A stretch of DNA of 63,987 nt, counting the filler, from Diploschistes diacapsis (lineage: Eukaryota), in the NCBI GenBank assembly GCA_023645945.1. It is 5 parts of 5 records of this genome, joined end to end, with 100 filler letters (N's around TTAATTAATTAA, not from the genome) between each part and the next. Parts side by side here need not be neighbours in the genome. Positions count along the whole stretch, not along the records: positions 25,292 to 56,565 come from JALAIB010000117.1; positions 56,666 to 63,987 come from JALAIB010001294.1; 3 more parts are not named here. The stretch is one strand, 5' to 3'. A model generated the notes under the pieces. It was not told the DNA's origin and searched no databases. It saw nothing but the letters and a program-made list of their open reading frames with translations. Below are positions 52,589 through 63,987 of the stretch, one piece after another. The translations under genes and the position numbers were made by a program. Every line of letters begins with the position of its first letter. The first letter of the stretch is position 1.

Positions 52589-53082
52589 GTCATCAGAGGA
52601 ATGGGAATTCAAGTGCTATTTTGTGGGGTCAGTTTCGCTCTGCGGAAAAGCTGTGCCGGTTGTCTAGGTATCTACTAGGTAGATTACTTGTAACTCCTAC
52701 ATGGCCTAATTGCTTGTACACTGTCTTCTACTGTTGTTGTATGGAGCACCCCAGCATCAATCTTTGTTTCTCCTCTTGGTAAGGTGATTCTAAGAGCAGA
52801 CCAACCAGTAACTACTGCTTTGGCAAAAGGGAATTGAGGCTTTTTATAAAGAACATCACATTCCCTAACGATATGTCGACGCATTAAGCTGTTAGGGATC
52901 GTATGCGCAAATCGTGCAAGCAGTCGTTCGTGGATTTCTACTCACATATATTGTAGTTAGAGAGGATCTATGCTTTTTTCACTTTCTTTCTTTATGCCAT
53001 TTATACGAACATTGAACTATTTCATAGCAATCATTACTCAGAATCTGTATTTGCGATCATACTTACTACTACTCTTTCACAG

Positions 53083-54160
53083 ATGGGGAGCCCAGGAAGT
53101 GATATACATAATATAAATGTGGATTCCGGCGCATTGGATAGAAATCATGTGGCAGAGTTAGGCACCACCTATAGAACCAGAGAGGACTTCAGCCATCAAG
53201 CGAGAGGACGGGGTGCCAGGCAGATCAGTCCACAACGACTACAAAATGCGTTCCAACTCCTATCGCCGCCCAACTGTCAGCACGCCTCACCTTTCTTACC
53301 TTGTTAATCCCTGCTTTCTGCCTACGTCCCCACTAGAAGGAAGTGCGGCGAGTTAACAGTGGGACGACGATAGGAGTCGCACAAGGTCATCAATGGCCTA
53401 TCAACGAGTACTAGTCTGGCCCAAGTACCGGGCTGCTATCAATATGTGGATGTTCAGGGACTCTGGTGGAATCAACTTCTGTTGAAGTTGCCCAAACAAT
53501 ATCACATACGGTGCAACCCTCTTGAAACCCAACTAACACCGCCTTTTGCTGAGGTGGCGCGGGAGGGTGTTATAGATATGTATTGCTCAGCATCACTATG
53601 ACCGTCAGTCAAGGCGTTGGTGGAGAACCAGGACTGTCTAATTGGTGTACACCTGGGCCGAAGACGAGGCCTTGTGAAGTAGTCCGGACTCCAAGCGTTC
53701 AGCCTTCGCAACTAACCCCTCCATATTGACCAAAATCGAGGAGCTCGAGCTGGATGCACGCCTCTATATGAGGACCGTGGCAGAGACGCATGCAGAACTG
53801 TACTAGAGAGTACAAGTCGATACCAACGATATGGAATGCATTCTAACTCCCTCACATAAAGATGGCTCCGGCCGATCCAAAGTCATGTGGTCGGACCCCT
53901 AAAGCGAACATGTCGTCTGGAACCTGAACCTTGATTGCTGCAGGGCGTGTCACTGGATGAGGCTGGGGTGCAGCAGATAGCAGAAGCTTTTTATTGTAAC
54001 AAACGATCCTGTTACCCGCGGCCTAAGCCACTGAATAATGCCCACCACTAGCTGCTGTGGCAAGTGTTTGAAAAAGAGTTCCTCGCAGCAAGTAGGAATG
54101 GATCAAATCACGATACTGCGGAAGCCTGTCTACCAGAATTATAGATAGACTTGGTTGAGA
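53083..54160 (+). pseudogene. DUF3669-like (fungal 'zinc finger protein' domain) pseudogene
   Basis: Fragments DCLIGVHLGRRR, AFSLRN*PLHIDQ/IEELELD, VAETHAELY*RVQVDTNDMECILTP, LDCCR, DEAGVQQ, NDP..PRP, interrupted by stops and frameshifts. Confidence 0.7.
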
Positions 54161-54705
54161 AACGAGGATCGGGTCCTTTGGAGGTACCCCAACCCTGAAA
54201 GCAATAACCACTTGACAATCGCATGGTAGATAACCGATTTCTTTCGAATACCCGGAAAAGGTGGGTAGCCTGAGGTTCAGCAGACTACCCGTTACGAGTT
54301 CTTTGAAAATCGGAGAATCTGGCATATGCTGGAGCTCCTAAAAGAGAGAAGGAGATAGGGTGGGAAGGAACATCCGCAAAGACGTTCCGTATAAGGGTGC
54401 TAAAGAGCTCTATTACTATCGTGCTCTCAGCGTTTGTATAATCATCAATCTTGCCCTACATCGTCTTCCAGGATATGGCGGATCTTCCCGGCTGACAGTA
54501 GGGTTGCCCAGCTCTGGGGATTAGACAAAGAAGGGACGATGTCTCAGTGGAGGCGCAGAATGGCTCAAATCTGAAGGTCGGTTATGGATTGTATCGATAG
54601 AGATGGGAAGTGATTGGGTTCTCTTGGGCGGTGGCCGAGAGCAGTAAGATCCAGGTACAGGGTCAACAGCATGCAACTGCTCAACAATGGGTCATAATTC
54701 AATTC

Positions 54706-54723
54706 TTCTTTTCTTTTTGTCTT

Positions 54724-54753
<30 letters not shown>
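54706..54753. repeat. (CTT)n microsatellite
   Basis: Read directly. Confidence 0.9.
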
Positions 54754-54754
<1 letters not shown>

Positions 54755-54856
54755 TTACACGCTGTCCGAATCCGGTTTATCTCGCCATCTGCGATCCTTC
54801 ACTTCGCTGTTTCGACCCACTGACTGTTAGCTTAGGGTATCTGGCTAGAAAGACCA

Positions 54857-55933
54857 TGCCTGGCAAATTCAATCACGGGAGGTTTCGTTCCCCTACTTTT
54901 CGTTTCTCCCATGTTTCCACCTCTTCGTCACTAGCTACCTCTGCGCGTCCGATAGAATGCAACCCACTAGCCTCGATTAGGGTTGAGTACCTTTGCACAG
55001 CAAAAATGCCCGGTAAAGGTACTTCTGCTACCTAATCAGACTAACTCCGTCTTTCGGCTCTTTGTTCAGGAACCGCTGGCCTGGGCAAAGAAAGTGTCCT
55101 CGCCTTGGCCCGACACCAGCCCGCCCACATCTTCTTCACTGGCCGCAACGCCAAAGCCGCCGATACCGTCATCTCTACCGTCAAGTCCGCTGCCCGCCCC
55201 ACGCCGGACGTCACCTTTCTCGAATGTGACCTCGCCTCGCTTGCCTCGGGTACAGGCGGCCGCCCGGGCCTTCCTTGAACAGTCTTCCCGCCTCGACATC
55301 CTGCTCTGCAACGCCGGCATCATGGCCACTCCGGGGGGCCTGACGACGGACGGCTACGAAGTGCAGTTTGGCACGAACTACGTCGGACACGCGCTGCTGG
55401 TAAAGCTGCTGGTGCCAACGCTGCTGCGCACGGCCTCGGAGGTGCCCGGCGCGGGACGTGCGCGTCGTGGCTGTGACGTCGCTGGGCTTCACAGTCGCGC
55501 CCGAGGGCGGGATTCTGTTCGCGGAGCTGAAGACGCGCTGCGACTGGGGCATGGGCACCGAGTGGCGGCGCTACGGCCAGAGCAAGCTGGCCAACGTGCT
55601 GCACGCGGCCGAGCTGGCGCGCCGGTACCCCGGCATCCCTCGCCGCCTCGGTGCACCGGGGCATTGTCAACACGGACCTCAACAGGCGCCTCGGCTTCTT
55701 CAACAAGCTGCTCGTCCGTGCCACCAACCCGCGCGGCCTGATCTCGCCCGCGGAGGGTTGCCTAAAATCAGTGCTGGGCCGCCACGGTGGCCAGGGACTG
55801 CATCAGCAGCGGCTCCTTCTACGAGCCCGTCGGCATCCGAGAAAAAACAAAGACCGAGTACTCGACGAGCGAGAAGCTGGCCAAGGACCTGTCGGAGTGG
55901 ACGGAGAAGGAGCTGGCGGGATACGAGCTTTAG
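54857..55933 (+). CDS. Short-chain dehydrogenase/reductase (retinol-dehydrogenase-like) with several frameshifts; sequencing error or pseudogene
   Basis: GTAGLGKESVLALARHQPAHIFFTGRN, CDLASL, LDILLCNAGIMA, GYEVQFGTNYVGHA, catalytic YGQSKLAN, H.GIVNTDL, distributed over different frames. Confidence 0.78.
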
Positions 55934-56565
55934 GCGCGGGTAAGAGCTTGCGAACAACGACAAGGAGGGAGGAGGAGGAGGAGGAGGAGGAGGTTAATTT
56001 AAATGGTCTTCATATGTACGAGCGTATTGGCTGTGGCTTTGTACTTCGTCAGTTTCCTACCGTACGCTGTTTTTTTTGCGGTATGATATGGAATATTTCG
56101 GTAGGGGGGGGGGGGATTAGCTTCATGGAGCCAAATCGAGCTTGAACACCGAAAATGAGATGCATTTCTTCTAGCACAGATCCCCGCACCTAGGGTAGCG
56201 CCCGATGTTATGGCTTGCTCCCCCTCCCCGCCTAACGCGGACGTACTTTTCGTTAGAAAGGGCAAGCCAGGAAATCACTTGAACTCCTCCCTCTCACTCT
56301 CTCTTACAATACCACAATAGGAGGTAAAAAGTAGATCTTTGTAGAAGCCGAGTAATGGCCCCCGATGATGATGATGATGATGATGGATACGGCCGTCATG
56401 GTGAAGGTATGCACGTCGGATGCCACAAAACAAAGTCAATTATCGTCCATCTGTTTCCTCTATCTGATCCTCACATCACCCCGCGAAGATGAACCCGGTC
56501 TTCAGATCCCCGTCTCTCTTCCCCTTGGCAACCACCGGTGTGAACATAAACATGGACCCCCTCAC

Positions 56566-56665
56566 NNNNNNNNNNNNNNNNNNNNNNNNNNNNNNNNNNN
56601 NNNNNNNNNTTAATTAATTAANNNNNNNNNNNNNNNNNNNNNNNNNNNNNNNNNNNNNNNNNNNN
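56566..56665. other. Assembly spacer
   Basis: 44 N + TTAATTAATTAA + 44 N. Confidence 0.98.
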
Positions 56666-57316
56666 ACCCTATATATTCCCGCCCCCGCCTCCAAATTCCT
56701 TTTTCCTTTTCCTTGTGCGGCGTGGCCCAACCAAAACACAACCCCGTGTTGCCTGGAACCGCAGCCTCCCACCCGACCTCCTTTGGGAGGAAGGATGGGA
56801 GATCTCAGTGGCGTGCAGGCGTCGGTTGGGGATCCCACAGATGGATGGAATTGCACGTTGGTCTTTTTTGATCTCCCGCGAACTGCCGAAAGGTGGGCCC
56901 GCCCCGGTCGGTTTGGTGATGGGGCGGGTGGGAGATGGCTGGACATTTTCTTTCGAGTTGATCATTGTTTTTTTTGTGAGTGGTTGGGGTGTGTTGGCGT
57001 ATGGTTAGTAGGAGGGCAACTCGAGGTGACAGTTGAGCTTTGAAATAGGTCACGCACGGAAAGGTACTTAGACGGGTGTGGAGGAGGTGGGGACGGAGAG
57101 AGCTGGAAGTTATTGATGGGCTTTGGCTGAGAGAGCAATACTTTGCATCCGTCCGTTATGATTAAAATTGTTTAATCTACTGGTGCTGATATTGCATTGT
57201 GCAATCATTGTGCAACACAGCCTTTTCCGCGGACCATGAAGGCATCACGCAGGACACCCATCCCCATTGCAGTCCCTTCACCAGCCCGACGTGCAAAGTC
57301 ACCGACAACCTCCCAT

Positions 57317-58525
57317 CTACTCCCCTCCTCCCTCTCCGATCTTCTCCAGCTTGCCCATCTCCCTCTTATCGCCCGCCTCCCCCACAATTCTAAACCTATC
57401 TATCCTCGTCCTCTCCCCAGTTCCCTGCCCATCAGCAACGAAAACCACCAAGCTGCTCACGTTCTGAAACTTGACGAACCTCAATTCCACCCTCGCCGTC
57501 CCAGTATTCGCATCCCAATCCCCCGGCCTCAGCTCCACGCTCTGGGTAGGCTCCACGCTCTCGGCCTCGTCGAAGCCCAGCGTGTGCGCGCGGTTCGTAA
57601 ACAAGCGGATCGTCTTCGGCCGCATGACCTCGTCACCATCGGCCTCAGCCAGGGACGTAACGTGCAGGCTATGAATCTTGAGCGAGGAGTGGAACGGCAC
57701 GAACAGCATCAGCTGCTGGTCCGTGTCGGACTCGACCCAGTCCTTCTTCGCGCCGCCCTTGCCGCCGCTGTCATCCCCCTGCTTGCCCTTGTTCAAGCCG
57801 GCAGGCCTCTTGGCCTCGAACAAGTCCCTCGCCCCGCCGAGCTCGGAGTCCGCGTTCAGCAGATCCAGCCCCTTGACGTCGACCTGCTCCGTCACGTCCT
57901 TGTAGCCCCGCGGCAGGGACGCGCCGAGCCAGGTCTGCGACGGAGACACGTCGCCGAAGCCGCCGCTGCCGCCTTCCGCGCCGTCGTCGGACATGTCCGC
58001 CTCCTGCGCTATCTTCCGGATGATGGGCTTGAGCTTGTTCGGGTCGGCGCCGCGGATCGTCTCGACGGGCGTGGCGGATTTGAAGACGATGAACGTTGGC
58101 ATGCTGGTGGCCTGCGGGTCAGCATAGAGGTTCCAGAGCAGAGGACGGAAAGGGCGAGAGAAGGAGACCTTACGCCGTGACGCCATACTTCCTCGCGATC
58201 TCCGGTTGTGAGTCGACGTTGACTTTCGTGAAGGCTACTTTCTGCGGCCGCGAGAGCTGCGACGAAAGTTGCTCATAGAGCGGAGCGATGGTTTTGCAGG
58301 GCCGGCACCAGTCGGCGTAGACTGAGCGCTCATGCTGATTAGTATATGTATAGCTTGCGGTACGTGAGGTTCGGCGAGCAAGAAGGTGCTGAACATTACA
58401 GTTTGAAGCATAGTGGGGGCCGGGGTGGCAGCTGGGGGGAACTCACAATCCGTGACGACGACTTGCGAGGAGCTGAGGAGGGATTCGAACTGCTTTTGGG
58501 AACTTATGAAGATTGTTTTCGACAT
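57317..58525 (-). CDS. Thioredoxin plus PITH domain protein (Txl1/TXNL1-like), two introns
   Basis: VVTDFYADWCRPCKTIAP, MPTFIVFK, WVESDTDQQLMLFVPF, RPKTIRLFTN, LRFVKFQNVSSLVVFV. Confidence 0.92.
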
Positions 58526-59249
58526 TTTGGAGGGTGCTGGAGGCGTTGACTTGCTGAAAGCCAGGGCATTGAGGATGCTGCATGGAAAGGTCGCTTAGTC
58601 TGTTTACAAATCCAAGTCCGTAAAGAATCGAAGAGGGGGGAGGAGGTATGCAGCGTCATCATTCATTCCAGCGCGTCAAAACTTATTCAGAAGTTCAGCG
58701 TTGTCATTATTGCAACAGCAGTGTTCAGACTTCTATCACAACTTGGTAGCTTGTGCAATGTAGTGCGTGGTTGCACGTATGTAGGCTCATGCATGTGCCT
58801 CCCAATCACCAGATCGAGTTTGTGGTAAATCTTGTGTGACCAACCTTAAGCAACGATTTATTCAATTTGAGAGTACTCAGCTCTGGGCAATCTCAGTCCC
58901 ATTGTCCTCCTTGGTGCCCACGACAAGCTTGACGGTCTTGAATCGTGGCTTGGTCTCAAGAAGCTGCAATATCGCAGCTTAGTCCAATCCAGCGTCGGAC
59001 AAGAAGCATAGCTTCTGCCCTTGCCGAGTAGTACAATTTGTGAATCATGAGCTTCCAGCGCTACTCCCAGCGCCAGCCGTCTGGAACCTGTCAGGCTAAT
59101 TTTTCAAACCCTCGGTGACTGTGCAAGACCGGAGCGTTGTATGGCTCCAAACGGAGTCACAGCATAGAGAAGCCCTTCTCATCAAGCCTTAAGCCTGCTT
59201 CAAGCGAAGTAGCATCCTGCTTTTCATTCAAGTGACAGCCTCTTGGCGT

Positions 59250-59834
59250 TCAGCCCTCTTCAACAACTCCAAAGCAAACCTTCAACACCAGACTACACCC
59301 GGTGCATCCCACTACGATCTCAGCCGTTCCTCCATCTCGAATCTCCCCAGCTGTTTCTTCAAGTGCCCTTCCTAAATCTTCTTCCCGAATCACAAAGCCC
59401 CTCCTGCTCCCGCATCTGCATCCGCGCGACCAAGTTGTGGAGCCTCCATTGGGATTCTCGTCACACTGCATATCGTCTAAATCGATTGTTTCGAAGCCGA
59501 TGTGATTAGCATCGAATATCTCTGTTGGTTGAGGAGTGAGAAGCTTTAGGCGTAGTGCGCGGTCGTATTTTGCCCTGCTTTCCGAGTTGGAGAGGATGGT
59601 GTAGGCGAGAGTAATTTCGTCGACGGTAAAGCGAGCGCTCTGGGTTGAGAAGGAGCTTTCCAGCAGGGAGCAGCGCTGGCTGCTGAGATCTGCAGCTGCT
59701 GTGCTTCCGGTCTTATCTGGATGATGCTTCAATAGCGCACGGCGGTAGGCGGCTTTCAGCACCGAGAGGGGGATCATAGAGACGCCACCCTGTGAAGCAG
59801 GTAGGCCTAAGACTTCATAATGTGTCACTGTCAT
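59250..59834 (-). CDS. DPH4: Diphthamide biosynthesis protein 4 (J-domain plus CSL zinc finger)
   Basis: HYEVLGL, AYRRALLKHHPDK, ETIDLDDM, CRCG...VGCTGCSL. Confidence 0.93.
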   Translation of the reverse strand: MTVTHYEVLGLPASQGGVSMIPLSVLKAAYRRALLKHHPDKTGSTAAADLSSQRCSLLESSFSTQSARFTVDEITLAYTILSNSESRAKYDRALRLKLLTPQPTEIFDANHIGFETIDLDDMQCDENPNGGSTTWSRGCRCGSRRGFVIREEDLGRALEETAGEIRDGGTAEIVVGCTGCSLVLKVCFGVVEEG

Positions 59835-60017
59835 TAGTGAAGCTGCAAAGTCTGGATGAACTCTGTTACCGAGGCTGAGTCAAGAACTCACTGATGGCCT
59901 GGTATAGTCAAGTGGCCACCAGGGTGGTAATGAAACAACCCGAGTTTTGTGAGTATGTGTATACAAGATGTTGAAACTAAACTCCGAGAACTCCGGAGTA
60001 TGCTGAAAGTCAATATA

Positions 60018-60123
60018 CAGTACTAGGCCAAAAGTAGTTAGGTACACCATAAGCGGCAGTAAATAAACAGTCAACTCTTTACTGCCGCTTATGGTGTACC
60101 TAACTACTTTTGGCACCTGACTG
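60018..60123. mobile_element. 106-bp Tc1/mariner-type foldback MITE with TA duplication
   Basis: TA|CAGT...ACTG|TA; perfect 37-bp inverted arms 60027-60063 and 60078-60114 with a 14-nt loop. Confidence 0.88.
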
Positions 60124-60189
60124 TACACTGCAAATATCTCTGCTATCACTTTATGCATTCACGGAGAGCCTCAGATGTACTTTATTCAA

Positions 60190-61200
60190 TTACAAAATCA
60201 AACTCAAGGGTCCAGGGAACGCTTGCCTCAGGATCCAGACCCCATAGCTCGCAGACCCGAAGCTTGCGCCAGGCTTCGCAGTGCCTTTGGATCTGCCGCC
60301 CACGGCGGCTAGCGGGCACAAGAGGCCCTCGTATGTTCAAAGTCTACAGACTTCTGAATGCACGGGGCAATATCTGTGTAGGCCATACTGAATCTAATAC
60401 ACTTGCGGGGGCCCCAGTCCGAATGGAGTAGACGCTAGACGCTGCATCACCGAATCTTCCGAGTCAAGGCACTTGTCTAGCTCGAATGCAAACGGCTCGA
60501 GGTATTGCCTCGCCGTCGATTGCAAGGCCGTCGTCGCTCACCCATCTTTAGAAGACCGCGATAACGGAAGTGTTCAGCCACATAGGCTCGTTGATACATG
60601 CCGAGAGATACTCACGTTGTGTAATGTCTTCTCTCGAACGTATCTCGTTGGCGGACATGTGGTGCGTAGAATTGGGTTAAATCTGGCATTGCATCACTTG
60701 CCGGGAGAGATTTTATAAAGATCGAGGCACTGGCGGTGCCAGTCGTTGGCGCTCCTGGGCATTAAAGCTTAGCTTAACCAACTACTTACGGAATCGCTCT
60801 CCTTCCCCTCGCGGCAATCAAAGCGAGCCTAGTCTCGTCTGGATCTCATCGAGCGAGAACTGCTGCTTCCCCTTGCGGCCGACCTTGCCGGACACAAAAT
60901 GTAAAATTCGCCTTCTTCTCGCGAGGCTCGCCATGATACTATCAATCAGTTGCTTAGCCAGCTTTTGAACTCCTCCTTCGTCGCGATGCCCGCCAGCACA
61001 TTGAGTCGTGCGGGTCCACAATGTTTGGGCTTTGGGCACCGGCAACAAAATGCCCCCCGGCTTCGTCGCGCTGTCTGTGATTTTGAGCATTCGGCATCGA
61101 AGGCGACGTTTTGGAAGCCCTGGTACCGCTGGTTATCGAGACCTGCAGCGATGCTGCGATATATGAGCTTTTTGCGGACATAGAACAGCAGCAGGACACA
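60190..61200 (-). pseudogene. Degenerate cytochrome P450 (benzoate-4-monooxygenase-like); boundaries approximate
   Basis: Minus-strand remnants FSLDEIQ, EYLSACINEPMWL, DDGLAIDGEAIP, and heme region PFGLGP/RKCIRFSMAY with frameshift and stops. Confidence 0.68.
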
Positions 61201-63801
61201 GGAGGCATTGTTATTCCAAAGTCAATAGCGGGGGAGATGTCGGTGGGTCGGGGCGGGGCGGGGCGGCAGGGGTCGAGGCGAACCACTTGCAAAACTTTAC
61301 CCTTCCATCCGCTTCCGAAGCTGAAACATTTCAACTGCGATGGCCCCGATTTGCGCCATGCACCAAAACTTATCATTCCTGCGTCGGCTGATCTGATGAA
61401 ACGAACTGATATGCATGCTTTCACGGCGGTCGAGACTTAAGGCTGCTTGAGAACTTTGGGCTACATTCTGCAACCGGTTACTATAGTACCCAGTACTTGG
61501 CGACTTCGAGATCCAGGTTAGGACGGCTGAATCTAATATTAAGAAAATGCGAATGCCTCACGCAAAACTTGCAAAAGCCCCGCAATCTTTGCCTTTTTGA
61601 TCCCGCTGAACAAGACCGGAAGAAGGCGTGGAGGGAAGGAAGTAATGCAGTGTTCTCGATTGGGTACAGAGCGGTTCGTAGGAGGCCCTTTTGGGACAGT
61701 TGCGTGCCAAAACGATCAATATATATATATATAGTAAGCTGCCGGGCTGAAACCCGAAGCGTAAACGTTTTTTCATGCAACGTTTATTTCACACAGACCT
61801 GCTTTCCCGACGACTCGACTTCTTCTACGGGTTAATTAGCTTGTTTTGAACAGTACTCCTGGCGGCCGAGCAGCATGCGGTGTAGTCGATAGAAACCAGT
61901 TTTTTGACGGACCCGAATGTTCTACGTGACCATGTAGAGTATCCATAGGGAGCTTAAATTCTGGCACTAGGGAGTACTCTACCTTAGTCGTAGAAATAGT
62001 AGAGGAGGGCTTCCACGAGTTTCCCGTTTGATGCCCAAAGAGCTGAAAAGGATGGGATAGATATACCAGTTGCAAGAGAAGCGAAAGAGCAGCAACATGA
62101 AGCGCCGGCTTTGCAGTCCGTACATGCAGCAGGCGTCTGGCTCATTTCGTATGTCAATTACCAGACAGACCTTTGATCGATGGTGCGCACATTGACTGCC
62201 CAGTGCCCACGATGCCCACAAGAAGTCGTGAGTGGGTCGTGGCGGCATGCACGTATGGGTTCCACTACGCAAGTTGCACCGAATTTTGAATTTTTTGATT
62301 TTGCATTTCTGAAAACTCGCTCAAAGAGGAAAGACTATTCATGCACGATGCGTCTTTTTGTACATTATCACGCACTAATCGTCCAAATTCGTTCACCTCA
62401 ATCTTTGGCAGCAGCTCAATGCGGCCATCTGGGAAGGAAAGCCTTTCGTATCCAGAGTTGTAATTTGGAGCAAGTCAGTAACGATCTGCAACGTACGGGG
62501 GGCGTGGTGAAGATTCTTCATGTGGGGACGCTGGGAGATTTTCCGGCTGCCCAAAATGAGCAGCCATCTTGACATGGTTAAGTCGAGATTTACATTTACC
62601 GCCGGGAACGTTTCCTCAAGCCTAGAACTGCTATTTACCGGGTTACACATACACATACACATACACATACTATGGCCCCAGAGATAGTGCACTTTAGGCC
62701 GTCAACTTCTGCTTTATCAAAAAATGACAATAGCTGCGACGTTCCATTGACATAATTCTTTGCAGGGCAAACACAGACTGCAGGCTTGTACGAGCATCTA
62801 AACGGTCAGGTTAGTTGGTAGCCAGGAATCCGACCCGTCAGAATTCAGAATCTTATTATCGACTCGACTGCTGGTTCAGAGTTTTTGCATAATGGGGTTC
62901 ATAAGCCAATGATAAGAAGATGGCGTTTCAAATGCATCTAACTATATATAGAAGGTTCCTGTTCATTGGACGCATCATCATGCATAACTGGCCTTGTGCA
63001 AGGCATAACTCATAGTAAGATTAGGTGTGGTGCGGAGGCGCTCTTGGCGCTTGCGTAATGAGTAATAAATTAATAATCCGAATCTTCATCAAGTGTCCAT
63101 GTGTTTGTTAATTAAAGCTTGTTTACTTTTCGATAAAGTACTTGACGGGAGTGAAGATCAAAGTGGAAAAGTCTTCAAAGCATTTCGCCTTGTCGAAGCG
63201 CAAGCTAGATCCAATGTATCTAGCCGCGAGATGCAACAAGACTCTCCAAGGCCATGGTGTGTTACTTATCCGAGACGAGGGTTACGGTTCCTTTTGGCTT
63301 GGCTAGTCTTTCTTCTGTTATCCGGAACTGCAAGTACTCATGGGGGGCAACAGCCGGAAAGGTGAGTTGCTATGTTCGTGGTAAAACGTCCTGTTGAAAC
63401 TCACGACCCGATGTTGAGTGACAGAATGCCGCTGACGGTTTGGCATCCACATTGATGATGCTCAGCCCGGGCCCTGAGCACGCAAAGTGAGCTATGTTTC
63501 GTACAATTGGCTGGCCCTTCGTCCGCTCATTGAGTGGGGGTGTGCACTTCAGCGCCCCGGTGATTGGATATTCATACAGCGGCCGCCTGGACTTCTTCAC
63601 TCCTTCGGCGGCATGCGATAGATAACTCACATGGCACTGGCATGTGAAGAAGCCTTGCACTTCGCGCTAAAACAAAACCTTCTCGGCGGCTGTCTGCCAT
63701 AGCATGGCATTAAATGGCCGTCTGCCTCTTCCTCTTCCCTCTTCCGATGCAGGGGCTGGTGATGCAAGAAGCGGGTGGGCGAGATGCATGCTGTACAGAA
63801 A

Positions 63802-63966
<165 letters not shown>

Positions 63967-63987
63967 GCGAGTGACGAAGGGTGGGGA

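Noticed and set aside
56666..57060. GC-rich stretch with short ORFs after the fourth gap
   Set aside because: Contig-end sequence of doubtful quality; no recognisable product
57197..58180. 327-aa plus-strand ORF and similar long antisense ORFs (12062-12757, 18090-18791, 37928-38470)
   Set aside because: Shadows of GC-rich genes on the opposite strand, with no recognisable motifs
13870..61200. Secondary-metabolite cluster suggested by P450s, SDR, desaturase and hydrolase
   Set aside because: No backbone synthase; genes are dispersed among housekeeping loci and the P450s are pseudogenes
61500..63780. Short ORFs in the gene-poor right end
   Set aside because: No codon bias or motifs I can support; a small spliced gene cannot be excluded

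Overview
Intron-containing filamentous ascomycete (Pezizomycotina) DNA from a draft assembly. Five contigs are joined by four artificial 100-nt spacers (44 N + TTAATTAATTAA + 44 N), and several GC-rich genes near contig ends carry homopolymer-type frameshifts. Recognisable genes: G1-type cyclin, Wee1/Swe1 kinase, Pil1/Lsp1 eisosome protein, CaMKK, saccharopine dehydrogenase, protoglobin-like globin, SLC35E1/Sly41 transporter, an alpha/beta hydrolase, a PUF protein, a KPWE/PEX39-like protein, Scd6/Lsm14, complex I 75/78-kDa subunit, Trs130, a Delta-12-type desaturase, Tad3, an SDR, a PITH-thioredoxin and Dph4. The ORF track does not reveal two P450 pseudogenes, a DUF3669-like pseudogene, a RIP-damaged pogo/Fot1 transposase and several MITEs, one of which is a 37-bp perfect hairpin. 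I found no convincing novel multi-gene system. The best leads are regulatory or structural: a three-intron, uORF-bearing cyclin leader; an in-frame 240-nt exitron-like segment in Wee1; a desaturase with an atypical motif and a spliced uORF; a tail-anchored protoglobin; and an orphan Cys-rich repeat protein. All family assignments come from motif recognition, not database searches.
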